From the IMG/VR virus record IMGVR_UViG_3300042731_002921, positions 20,388 to 84,387 of that record: DNA of 64,000 bases; one strand, written 5' to 3'. The stretch is from a virus. Its lineage: Duplodnaviria; Caudoviricetes. This document shows positions 17,994-27,263 of this stretch, one piece after another (position 1 is the stretch's first letter; the number at the start of each line of letters is the position of its first letter). A program made the translations under genes and the position numbers. The notes beneath the pieces are model-generated. The model was given only the letters and a program-made list of their open reading frames with translations, did not search any database and was not told where the DNA came from.

Positions 17994-18089
17994 ATTAATA
18001 ATTTTTAAAATAATTCATAAAATCGTTTGACATTGATAATTATACGGCGTATAAAGAATTATAACTTAAACAAAAGGAGATGCAACATG
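17994..18089 (+). repeat. 96-bp promoter+RBS+ATG cassette, copy 2
   Basis: TTGACA(18027)-N17-TATAAA(18050), AAGGAG, ATG 18087. Confidence 0.95.
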
Positions 18090-18623
18090 AGCGTATTAAC
18101 AAGCAGAACAAAATGGAACCCTGAATTAGATAAGATGTTAGTATATATGAGAGATACATATGATCTCTCAACAGATGATATGGGCATAGAAAATTTATCA
18201 ATAGAGAAAAGCTTACACAAAATGGAGGAAATTGATAGAGAAATGAAAAATTTCTATTTAGAATTAAGCAAAAAACAAGACAATCAGGAAACTGAATATG
18301 AAGATGATGGAATCGAAGAAATTGAGGGAGAGGAAATTGTGATTGAAGATGAGCAGAAAGAAACTGGCTTGGAAACAAAAAATGAAGTCATGATCAGTAC
18401 TGTATACAATAAAGATACCAAAGAGTATGACCTCGTGGAGCATTATTACCCTATCTTTTATCAAGAAATCCCCGCTAAAAACATCAAAGCGCGTTGTGAA
18501 AATCTAAACAATAAATATGGTGTAGGCCTTAAGCCTGCATCAGCTTGGGTTGTGGTTGGCAGTGATTTGCATAAATTCCTTAAAAACCTGTGTATACCAG
18601 CTTGGAAACATTGTATTGATTAG
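18087..18623 (+). CDS. hypothetical protein with acidic middle
   Basis: True start at the cassette ATG (MSVLTSRT). Confidence 0.7.
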   Translation: MSVLTSRTKWNPELDKMLVYMRDTYDLSTDDMGIENLSIEKSLHKMEEIDREMKNFYLELSKKQDNQETEYEDDGIEEIEGEEIVIEDEQKETGLETKNEVMISTVYNKDTKEYDLVEHYYPIFYQEIPAKNIKARCENLNNKYGVGLKPASAWVVVGSDLHKFLKNLCIPAWKHCID

Positions 18624-18657
18624 TTTTAATAGTGTGAAAACAAAGGAGAAAAATAAC

Positions 18658-19341
18658 ATGGAAACATTAAACTTAAATGATGAAATAAATGTGAAGTTCC
18701 ATCATTTTGAAAGAGTAAATAATAATCTTTACAAATACAATAAAAAGTATTTTAAGCTTTTTGGTACAAATACCTCATCAAATCATTGTTGGATTGAGAA
18801 TGCAATAATGGTTGAATTAATTGATTTGGATACTGCAACCGGTAAATTTGTTTTTGGGACTACATTTTCAAGAATGGGCGTATATTGTGGTGGCGGATCT
18901 GTTCAAGCGGGGAATGAATTCCTATTTTATGATCCTAATATCCTTAAAAACTTTAATGAAAAAATTATAAGTGAAAAAGAAGAAACTGGCCTGGAAACAA
19001 TTGAAATAGTAGAGCATGGCTTAATGATGAGTGATTACTTTCAGGGAACGAATGGAGTATGGCTGAACATCTATCCTGATCACGAAACAACAAAAGGGGA
19101 AGCCCTTGAAATGCTCGATGATGAGATTAATGTATTATATGATCATATTGAGTACACAGCAGAGTATAATGAATTTAGCGGGAACTTGTGGGAGCAGATT
19201 GATGATGAAATCAAAAGAATGAAAGAGTATATCAAAGGTAAAGAAAACGAACTGCTTTGCCCTGGTATTGGACTCTCAGAAGATGAAGACAGCGAACAGC
19301 CCGTTTATATCTTTACAATTGAATTTAAAGGAGAAAAATAA
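18658..19341 (+). CDS. hypothetical two-domain protein
   Basis: AAGGAG RBS before ATG 18658. Confidence 0.7.
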   Translation: METLNLNDEINVKFHHFERVNNNLYKYNKKYFKLFGTNTSSNHCWIENAIMVELIDLDTATGKFVFGTTFSRMGVYCGGGSVQAGNEFLFYDPNILKNFNEKIISEKEETGLETIEIVEHGLMMSDYFQGTNGVWLNIYPDHETTKGEALEMLDDEINVLYDHIEYTAEYNEFSGNLWEQIDDEIKRMKEYIKGKENELLCPGIGLSEDEDSEQPVYIFTIEFKGEK

Positions 19342-19739
19342 TGAACACAAGAACAAACAAACTGGCTTGGAAAATTCGTCGTAATTTAGCAGCTAAAAGA
19401 GGCTGTGACGTGATGGAGATTAATTGGGGGCATTGTTGGCACAAGGCAGATAGAATCATTGAAGACAGAAAAGAAAAAGCTATTCGTCGGACAGCTAAGA
19501 GATACATAGCCTTGAAATTTCAGAATGACATAGCGTTTCAAAATAACTTTACTCTTGTGACTACTTTAATTTCAGTTGTTTTCACCATTGCTTTTGTCTT
19601 GATAGCCTTTGTAAGTGATATTACAAATGGACAATGTGTTGTTTTTCTTGCATCCGGTATGCTGATATCCACTACAATCCCTATGTTCCTGGTAATAGGA
19701 GAATTTATTTCAGAATGGATTATCGAAAGGAGAGGATAA
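19341..19739 (+). CDS. membrane protein (2 TM)
   Basis: Basic N-terminus and two hydrophobic helices. Confidence 0.65.
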   Translation: MNTRTNKLAWKIRRNLAAKRGCDVMEINWGHCWHKADRIIEDRKEKAIRRTAKRYIALKFQNDIAFQNNFTLVTTLISVVFTIAFVLIAFVSDITNGQCVVFLASGMLISTTIPMFLVIGEFISEWIIERRG

Positions 19740-19741
19740 TA

Positions 19742-19991
19742 ATGGCTGAATTAATAGAAGAGTTAAAACGGCTCAATCAAGATAATGACACAGCGAAAGA
19801 AATCATTGAAATCATTGAAGAGGGTAAAGACAATGTCAATTGATCAATTCATAAATGAATACCGCGATTATATCAACATGGTAATGGGGCATAATAGCCT
19901 GATAGATGCAGACCAAGAAGAGATAGAACTTTGGATTATGAATGATGAAGGGCTTTATACATTGGCTATGAGTGAAGGAGTAGAAGTTTAA
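19742..19991 (+). CDS. two small overlapping acidic ORFs (19742-19843, 19833-19991)
   Basis: GAGG-type RBSs and ATG starts. Confidence 0.5.
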
Positions 19992-20021
19992 CAGATAACC
20001 TAAAGACAAACCACACAAAAT

Positions 20022-20060
20022 AGCCCCTGAGAGTGTAAAAGCTTTCAGGGGTTTTCCTTT
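20022..20060 (+). terminator. intrinsic terminator
   Basis: AGCCCCTGAGAG...CTTTCAGGGGTT followed by a T-rich tract. Confidence 0.8.
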
Positions 20061-20074
20061 TGATTGATATCTGA

Positions 20075-20385
20075 ACACATGCTCATATGAATGATTGATC
20101 AATTAAGTCTATGTATATATGAACAAATGATCTTATGAGTATATGTATATATGAACACTTGAACATATGAACTTGAACACTTGAACATTCTTTCATATGA
20201 ACATCTTCTCATATGAGCACTTGAACATATGAGCACTTGAACATATGAACTTGAACACTTGAACATTCTTTCATATGAACATCTTCTCATATGAGCACTT
20301 GAACATATGAGCACTTGAACATATGAGCACTTGAACATTCTTTCATATGAACATCTTCTCATATGAACACTTGAACATATGAACA
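20075..20385. repeat. 16-bp-period palindromic tandem array with an exact 78-bp duplication
   Basis: 13 CATATG cores, mostly 16 bp apart; unit CATATGA(G/A)CACTTGAA; 20164-20241 is identical to 20242-20319. Confidence 0.95.
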
Positions 20386-20456
20386 GATATTTTGGGATTA
20401 TTGGCCTTTTGACATGGTTATTGCTTGTGCGTTAAGCACATAACTATCTAATTTTA

Positions 20457-21515
20457 CTACATATTATACCTTATTTTTTTATATTTGTTCTTAATATCCC
20501 TAATCATAGAATATGAAACTCCGTAGTCTTTTTGAATTTTACAAGGCCGTATCCCACAAATCAATAAATTATAAATTTCTTTTTGTATTTTTTCTGGTAA
20601 TGATGCTCTTCTTCCAAGACAAGGTAAATCCTTTAACCAAATATCTATACTTCCAGCATTGATACTATATTTTTCTGCCAGTTTCTTCCTACTATATTCA
20701 CCATTAAGATAATCCTCCATTATTTTTCTTTTGTAGTATAATCGCCTAACATCTTCTTTAGATATTTTCCATACAGGTTTTTTCTGTTTAGCTGAAATTC
20801 CTTTAAGTAATTTAGATATTTTATTAGGGTCAATTTTATATTTCTTAGCTAATGTAATTTGTGTTATATGTTCATGTTTCCACTTATAAATTATCCTATC
20901 CTTCAAATCATTACAAATATGTCTACCTGATTGTTTAGTTAAAAACTTATAAATATTATTATAATCACAGAGTTTTTCATGTGGAAAATTAAGATAAGGT
21001 TCTTTTAAGTTATGTGATGCAATAACATCAAAAATCTGTGCAGCTTTTTTCTCATTACTGCAAGAACCGTAATATTTACCTTGAAAACGCACATGATACG
21101 TGTCTCCTACTTTAGTGATACCTTTATATTTAACACGACTTTGTTTATAATTAGAATTATTACCTATACTATCACTTCTATCACTATTCTTTTGATTCTG
21201 ACTCCTTGTAACCCACCTAAGATTACCAACATAATTGTTCAATCTATTTCTATCTTCATGATCAACAATAGGTAAATCATCAGGATTCTCAATAAAACTC
21301 AAAGCCGCAAGCCTATGTACTCTGTAAGTACCTCTTGCATTCTTATGCGTTAATGTTACATAATGATATTTTGGTTTACCATATAAGGAAAGCTTTACAA
21401 ATTTGCAATCTATAATATTAAAAATTTTTCCGTAATTAGACACTCTGTATTTCTCAGATAAAATATTAGCATCTTTAATACCATGTAAGGGTAGCCATAC
21501 TTCTTTTATGATCAT
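20457..21515 (-). CDS. NUMOD4-HNH homing endonuclease with AP2-like and HTH repeats
   Basis: EVWLP...YRVSNYGKI, VHRLAALSFIENPDDLPIVDHEDRNRLNNYVGNLRW, KYKGI... Confidence 0.9.
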   Translation of the reverse strand: MIIKEVWLPLHGIKDANILSEKYRVSNYGKIFNIIDCKFVKLSLYGKPKYHYVTLTHKNARGTYRVHRLAALSFIENPDDLPIVDHEDRNRLNNYVGNLRWVTRSQNQKNSDRSDSIGNNSNYKQSRVKYKGITKVGDTYHVRFQGKYYGSCSNEKKAAQIFDVIASHNLKEPYLNFPHEKLCDYNNIYKFLTKQSGRHICNDLKDRIIYKWKHEHITQITLAKKYKIDPNKISKLLKGISAKQKKPVWKISKEDVRRLYYKRKIMEDYLNGEYSRKKLAEKYSINAGSIDIWLKDLPCLGRRASLPEKIQKEIYNLLICGIRPCKIQKDYGVSYSMIRDIKNKYKKIRYNM

Positions 21516-21528
21516 CCATTGTACTCCA

Positions 21529-21756
21529 CTAAAGCGATTCCAATTCTTCCCATTCAATCTCCTTGGTCTCTTTTATTTTAACAATCTCAAAGTTATCATC
21601 AAAGAATTCAACCATAGTTTCTATATTTCTCATTAACTCATCACGAAGATCTTCTCTTATGTAATCCTCGTATCCAAACAAATTTAATAAAGCTTCTATA
21701 TATTCACCATTTTCATCATTAGATAAGTTAAAGTATTCCTGTAGTTTATCAATCAT
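21529..21756 (-). CDS. hypothetical protein
   Basis: Start MIDKLQEY after AGGAG. Confidence 0.6.
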   Translation of the reverse strand: MIDKLQEYFNLSNDENGEYIEALLNLFGYEDYIREDLRDELMRNIETMVEFFDDNFEIVKIKETKEIEWEELESL

Positions 21757-21760
21757 AACA

Positions 21761-22015
21761 TTATTCTTTCTCCTGGTAAGGTCTAACATGATACAAAGGA
21801 CAATCAACAGCAGTACAATGTTTAATCTCGTATATACTTTCCCCAATGCACTCAAAACAAAAAGCATCAATACAGCACCTTAATGAGTTTTTATTATCTT
21901 CCCACCTCTCTTTCGGGTTCTTTGGATTAGCTTTCTCAACCAACCCGTTCTTTAGTTTTTCTTGATAAGCTTCCCTACCTGCTTTAAGCGCATTCATTAC
22001 ATGTTCAGAAGTCAT
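21761..22015 (-). CDS. Cys-rich small phage protein
   Basis: SLRCCIDAFCFEC...C...CPLYHVRPYQ. Confidence 0.7.
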   Translation of the reverse strand: MTSEHVMNALKAGREAYQEKLKNGLVEKANPKNPKERWEDNKNSLRCCIDAFCFECIGESIYEIKHCTAVDCPLYHVRPYQEKE

Positions 22016-22056
22016 TATATTTCCTTATTAGTTTAATACTAAATTTCAATGTTTAG

Positions 22057-22099
22057 ATCAAGGCACATATAGTTATACCATTTCTATGTGTACCTTGAT
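22057..22099. repeat. 16-bp imperfect inverted repeat
   Basis: ATCAAGGCACATATAG-N11-CTATGTGTACCTTGAT. Confidence 0.8.
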
Positions 22100-22130
22100 A
22101 TTTTATATCTAAAGTAATATAAGATCCAAT

Positions 22131-22610
22131 CTAACTCTCATAATATTCAACCTCATCAAACCCTTCTTCTTTTGTTGGTTCTTCATATCTTTCTTTCTTT
22201 TCTCTATAAACCTCCCTCCACTTCTGTTCAGAAACATCTCCGTGATTGTTACTTAATCTTCTTTCCACATGAATATCCTCTCCAAGATCAGGAAAGACAA
22301 TAGCTTTTACAACATAACCAAATTCTTTAGCCTTTGTGATAAAATATTTTCTATCCTCTATTGTTATATTAGTTTCATCAATAATAATATCTTTTACTCC
22401 AAGATAAAGTAAAGATTCAAAAGCAGCTTTGATCATTTTGTCTATTCTTTTTTCAATAAAAAGGTCATAGATATATTCTTTACCAACCTCTGCTGCGAAT
22501 ATCTTTCTTAGTTCATCTCTGCTAAATTGTGCTATATCACGCTTATCTCTGCACAAAGTACTCTTACCTGCTGCTATCGTACCTACTAAAATAGTTACTG
22601 TTTCCATCAC
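22131..22610 (-). CDS. AAA_33 / polynucleotide-kinase-like P-loop protein
   Basis: GTIAAGKST, SRDELR, IIIDETN...R motifs. Confidence 0.85.
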   Translation of the reverse strand: MMETVTILVGTIAAGKSTLCRDKRDIAQFSRDELRKIFAAEVGKEYIYDLFIEKRIDKMIKAAFESLLYLGVKDIIIDETNITIEDRKYFITKAKEFGYVVKAIVFPDLGEDIHVERRLSNNHGDVSEQKWREVYREKKERYEEPTKEEGFDEVEYYES

Positions 22611-23609
22611 ACAACTCCTTTATTTCTTTCTTTTTTATCTTTCTACACTTGACCTTGATAGTTTCTCCTGATTCATGAAGGTTACACCACTCTTCTTGTG
22701 TACAATCGTCCTTATAATGGAACCTTCCGTGTTTACAATGATTAAGACAATGCTCAGAGAATCCTTGTTGTCTTCTTTTGTCTATTATATTACAAATATA
22801 TAATTTATCAAGGTCTGTATTTTTTAAGTTCATTATCTTCTAAAACCTTTATAATTTATTTTCAAATTGTTCATGTAGTCTTTTTTCTAAATGACAAAAC
22901 AAACAGTCAAAGAACTCATAAGAATCAATTTCACCTTCTTCTAATAGTCCTTGTAGACCTTCAAGAGTACATCCAAGAGCTTTAGCCCCTTCTCTATAAG
23001 CACAAGGAAAATACTCACACAATTGCCCTCTAAGTTCACAAGATGATACTATACCTTCAGATAGCATAATTTCATACACAAGCTTAATTTTATTTTTATC
23101 TTTATCAGTGATACCCATGACATAACAAATAAAATCTAATTGTTCTTTGTGTCTTTTATTCACAGCAACCTCCTGAAACACTACAAATATTTTTATCTTT
23201 CTTTCTTTATCTATCCATCAATTCATACTTTTTATTTTATTATCAATAACTTTGCTAAGATACCAAAATAACAATTCTTTTTCATAGTATTCATTAGACT
23301 TAATGAACAACTTACACCACACTAAAGCAACCTCTAACTGTTCTTTTGTATTACATGAATTAACAACATTACTTATTTTATTTAGACTTTCTTTAAATTC
23401 CATTATTTAAAACCTTTAAATATACCATTAAAGAGATCAGTATCAAAAATATGGTTATATTTTTCTTTCATCTCATAATAATTATTAATACCATTACTCC
23501 TTATGCTATTGCAATGCTCACAAACAGGAATGAGTTTTGGTGATATTTTACCTTCTTCTATGATAGCCAAGAACTTACCACAGTACACACAATGTAATTT
23601 TTTAGACAT
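22564..23609 (-). CDS. four small hypothetical ORFs (22564-22833, 22849-23181, 23218-23403, 23403-23609)
   Basis: ORF track; tightly packed, several Cys-rich. Confidence 0.6.
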
Positions 23610-23629
23610 TTAGTTCGTATCCTTCCATG

Positions 23630-23665
23630 ATAAAAATCCCCATAAGTTAAAACCTATAGGGATTC
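23630..23665 (-). terminator. intrinsic terminator
   Basis: AATCCCTATAG...TTATGGGGATT plus T tract on the - strand. Confidence 0.75.
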
Positions 23666-23739
23666 TATTATATTAATTGATTATTGTAAAGTAAAATATT
23701 TTTTATCTGCTACAATTCCATGAAGCAAGATTTTTGTTA

Positions 23740-24114
23740 TCATAAATTTTCTTTATATTTTGTGTAAGCAATCATTTCAAGGTAATGTTTTGCTTTTCTT
23801 AAATCCTCAATGCCATTTTTCTTATCATGCCTAAAAGTGTACTTAATTACATTAAACTCACATATATCAAGATCATGAACTATACACCACTCAGTTACAT
23901 CCATAATTCCTGGTACTTTATAATGAGACCCACCAACTTGTGATTCAAATGGATTTTTCAATTCAAGATCTTTTTTGGTTTCATGTACACAATCTTCATA
24001 AATGTTTGATTCAGCACAATTACAATCATTTACCTTAGTAAATTCTGGAAATGAATGAGATTTACAGCATTTCTTATCTTTTTCCTGTACTTCCAAAGCC
24101 ACCTCTACTTTCAT
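23740..24114 (-). CDS. DUF3310 / SaV-like protein
   Basis: QVGGSHYK...NVIKYTFRHDKKNGIEDLRKAKHYLE. Confidence 0.85.
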   Translation of the reverse strand: MKVEVALEVQEKDKKCCKSHSFPEFTKVNDCNCAESNIYEDCVHETKKDLELKNPFESQVGGSHYKVPGIMDVTEWCIVHDLDICEFNVIKYTFRHDKKNGIEDLRKAKHYLEMIAYTKYKENL

Positions 24115-24499
24115 TATTAAGAGTTTTTACTTCTTCAAATTCAATCTCTGGCTGAATTTTTTGAATCCTGAATTGGCAAATTTTATCTCCTTTTTTAATC
24201 TTATTAATCCCAACAGAGTATACTGGTAAATGCCAAATATCATTATCACCAGAGAAACTGTTGTCAATTACACCAATCGAATTAGTCTGTAAGACACCCC
24301 ATGTTTTAAACGTACTACTTCTTGGTGCAAGTAAAGCTTCATAGCCTTCTGGAAGTTCCATAGCAACACCAAGATTGATCATATATTTTGTATTCACATT
24401 AAGATCATAATCTTTGTAAGCAAATAAATCCACCCAATCACCTTTAGAAATCTTCTTTAATCTTGTTGCCCCAGGCAAATATTTAATCTTAATCTTCAT
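24074..24499 (-). CDS. dut: trimeric dUTPase
   Basis: GDWVDL, PRSS, GVIDNSFSG, KICQ, RGGFGSTG; start MKIKIKY. Confidence 0.95.
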   Translation of the reverse strand: MKIKIKYLPGATRLKKISKGDWVDLFAYKDYDLNVNTKYMINLGVAMELPEGYEALLAPRSSTFKTWGVLQTNSIGVIDNSFSGDNDIWHLPVYSVGINKIKKGDKICQFRIQKIQPEIEFEEVKTLNNESRGGFGSTGKR

Positions 24500-24500
24500 A

Positions 24501-24689
24501 TTAACCTCCAAAATACTCATCAATAGTTTTATCTCTGTATCCAACTGACTTACACAAAGGAATGATAACTTCTTCGATGAAATCATTCATATCCATATCA
24601 CTCTTAGCAATATACATACTACCGCCTCTGATTTCTTCTTCTCCTGAAAGATCAGATATTTCCTTCCACGTTAATTCAAATTTATTCAT
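24501..24689 (-). CDS. hypothetical protein
   Basis: ORF track. Confidence 0.6.
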   Translation of the reverse strand: MNKFELTWKEISDLSGEEEIRGGSMYIAKSDMDMNDFIEEVIIPLCKSVGYRDKTIDEYFGG

Positions 24690-24945
24690 TATTCATCACC
24701 TTTTCATATAGTTCATTAAAGAACTCATTCTTTGCGCGCTCTTCGTCAAACTTACTTTTATACGTCAAAGTAACCATCCTTTTAAAATCACTCTTTGTAA
24801 CACCAAAAATTTCTTCTACTGATTTAGCAAGCTCAGTTAGATCAGCTTTAGCATTCTCTTCTGCTGCTTTAAAATCACAACCATCTGTTTCAACGATATT
24901 CTTAAGTTCTTTCTCCTGCTCACTTGTTAAGTTAATTTCAGTCAT
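24682..24945 (-). CDS. T4 DsbA-like dsDNA-binding protein
   Basis: AK...EIFGV...FKRMVTLTYK...FNELYEKV pattern, 87 aa. Confidence 0.55.
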   Translation of the reverse strand: MTEINLTSEQEKELKNIVETDGCDFKAAEENAKADLTELAKSVEEIFGVTKSDFKRMVTLTYKSKFDEERAKNEFFNELYEKVMNNE

Positions 24946-25395
24946 TATTCTCTCTCCTCGTAATAAATTTCAAGATAATTATTTGTCCATTCTTTTGCCA
25001 TTTTATCTTTTACTTAATCATGTTAAAACAATGAACAACGTTTGATATAAAAGCAAACAACACAACAAAAAACCTAAAATATATTTCCCAACTAAAACTT
25101 AATGAATACTCTCAAGTTATTCTACTTAATTAAAATCTGCACTAAAATATAAGCATTATAACGTGGATCTTTTTGGTTATCAAGGATTATTTTAAAATAA
25201 TAATATTCTTTCGTTTAAAATATTAGAGTACTCTCTCATTATATTTAACTGCCTTGTGAGAAGTTCATATTGTTCTGGATGCATAGTTATTGGTTAACCT
25301 GCTCCAATAAAATTATATAATTTTTTAATTCTATTATCCAATTCTTCCTTTTCTTCTTCAATCATCTTTTGCAAGTCTTTCATATTTTACCCTTT

Positions 25396-25707
25396 TTATT
25401 TGAATAATTCTTTTAAATAATCTTCCTGTGTTGATTTATTAAATCTTATTGATTTATCACTAAACTTAAAAATAAAATGCTCTCTTAATACATCATTATC
25501 TTTAATAAGGTTAAATACTTTTTCATAACATTCACAACGTTCACATATTCTTTCATGATCTTGAATTCTAATATCCATGTTTGGGTGATCAATAGCTTTT
25601 TTGATATACACTAAAGCTAAAACAGTAGTTCTACCTGTACCCCTGCCGCCTGATATAAGCCACTCAATACTTTTAAAATGCTGCGCTTGGTCTGGCGTTA
25701 ATTTCAT
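25396..25707 (-). CDS. small P-loop-like protein
   Basis: GGRGTGRTT. Confidence 0.55.
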   Translation of the reverse strand: MKLTPDQAQHFKSIEWLISGGRGTGRTTVLALVYIKKAIDHPNMDIRIQDHERICERCECYEKVFNLIKDNDVLREHFIFKFSDKSIRFNKSTQEDYLKELFK

Positions 25708-25851
25708 TAATCATTCTCCTTATTAATAAATTTTACAATTTTCTCAAGAACTTCTTTTATCATTTTAACTTTATCGACTATAGTTCCCAATTAACCTTTA
25801 TCAAATTCAATATCAAACTATCTTTGATTAATATCATCGTGGCTATTACAA

Positions 25852-26085
25852 TTAAATTGTACTTTCATATTTTCTCTTTTTTCTATATTTAATGTCATTT
25901 CTTTTGGCATAAGCATTTCCTCTTGGATTTATGCACTGTTCCCATTTCTTTGTTATTGAATTAAAGCGAGCTACAGGAATATCTCCATAATCTTTAGTGA
26001 AATCCCTATGAAGTATTCCGTTAACTTTATGAACATGCCAACATTTGCGGTAGATTTCTACAGGAACATCTTCCCAAATAACCAA
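25852..26085 (-). CDS. hypothetical protein
   Basis: AAGGAGG RBS, TTG start. Confidence 0.6.
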   Translation of the reverse strand: MVIWEDVPVEIYRKCWHVHKVNGILHRDFTKDYGDIPVARFNSITKKWEQCINPRGNAYAKRNDIKYRKKRKYESTI

Positions 26086-26106
26086 TAGGCCTCCTTATTA
26101 ATTAGC

Positions 26107-26157
26107 TCTGCGTTCACATCAATAATGCAATCTAACATGAACGCAGATGGTTGTCAA
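26107..26157 (-). promoter_or_regulatory. sigma70 promoter overlapped by a 10-bp perfect inverted repeat
   Basis: TTGACA(26157)-N17-TAGATT(26134); arms 26138-26147 / 26107-26116 (TCTGCGTTCA/TGAACGCAGA). Confidence 0.75.
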
Positions 26158-26160
26158 TAG

Positions 26161-26598
26161 TTATTTTAGCTTAATAATCTCCTGGTTCTTACTCGCGAGT
26201 GTAATCCCAAACAAAGGTTCTTCATAAGACTCAGAATTGCACCTATATTCTCCAACTTTAGCGTAAGAGAGGTACTGTTTGATGTTTTCTGGTATGTCTT
26301 TCTCTTGAAATCTTGTCCATAGCATAATTTTCTTTTTGAATTGGTATAAGTATTTAAGCATTAATTCTAAGGAATTGATGTTATTCAATAAAGGTTCGCC
26401 TCCCATAATCCAGATATATTTTATCATGTTTGTTGAAAGATATTGTCTGAATTTCTTACCATATGTTGTCCAATCTTCACCTACGTTGAAATTCCAAAGA
26501 GACTCGTTATGGCATTGAAGACACTTTCCATCACAGCCACTGACAAAGATTGAGAGTGCTTTATTATTAAGATCGTAATCTATACCAGCAATATTCAA
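26161..26598 (-). CDS. nrdG: anaerobic RNR activase
   Basis: SGCDGKCLQCHN radical-SAM motif, MGGEP; TTG start after GAGGTG. Confidence 0.9.
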   Translation of the reverse strand: MNIAGIDYDLNNKALSIFVSGCDGKCLQCHNESLWNFNVGEDWTTYGKKFRQYLSTNMIKYIWIMGGEPLLNNINSLELMLKYLYQFKKKIMLWTRFQEKDIPENIKQYLSYAKVGEYRCNSESYEEPLFGITLASKNQEIIKLK

Positions 26599-27263
26599 AA
26601 CGCACCTCTTTCTACATGTTTCCATGCTTTATTATTCTTTATGTTTGAAATTATATTATCACCTACACCAAATCTCTTAGCAATTTCTGTTTGTTTTAAT
26701 TTCTTCTCTGAAAGCAATCTGAGAATTTCAATAACATCATCCTCATTCAACTTACTGTTGGTTACTTTTGAGCCTTTTTGTCCGCGACCTTTATTTATTA
26801 TATCATCTATATTATCTTGTTGAGTTCCTTTAAATAAATGTTCTGGATTAACACAAGACGGGTTATCACACGTATGACACACAATATCTTCATCTGAGAG
26901 AGTATTATCTTTATAAGAAAAATAAGAAAATCTATGTGTCAACCAATGTTTATTATATTTTGAATGATTTATTTGCCAATGACCATAACCACTTGTGAGT
27001 TTATGTGCATTCCAATTCCAACACTCAAATGGAGATTTCATTTCAAAATGTTTTTCAAAGTTATCAACAGGGTCTTTTGGTTTATTAGAACATCCACATG
27101 TTTTTCTTTTTCCTAAAACTAAATCTGAAGCATTTGCAAAAGAATATCCTCCACAAGAACATTTACACATCCACTTTGTATGACAATTTTCTTTAGTATC
27201 AAGTGGATATAAAGCTTTTAATTTTCCAAATTGTTTATTTTCAATTGTTTTATATTTATTCAT
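26595..27263 (-). CDS. HNH homing endonuclease between nrdD and nrdG
   Basis: CKCSCG, CWNW...GYG, THRFSY, VCHTCDNPSCVNPEHLFKGTQQDN, C-terminal HTH. Confidence 0.92.
   Translation of the reverse strand: MNKYKTIENKQFGKLKALYPLDTKENCHTKWMCKCSCGGYSFANASDLVLGKRKTCGCSNKPKDPVDNFEKHFEMKSPFECWNWNAHKLTSGYGHWQINHSKYNKHWLTHRFSYFSYKDNTLSDEDIVCHTCDNPSCVNPEHLFKGTQQDNIDDIINKGRGQKGSKVTNSKLNEDDVIEILRLLSEKKLKQTEIAKRFGVGDNIISNIKNNKAWKHVERGAF

Noticed and set aside
20075-20385. CRISPR array interpretation and ORF 20099-20362
   Set aside because: There are no unique spacers, only permutations of one 16-bp unit, and no cas genes. The ORF is a translation of the repeat.
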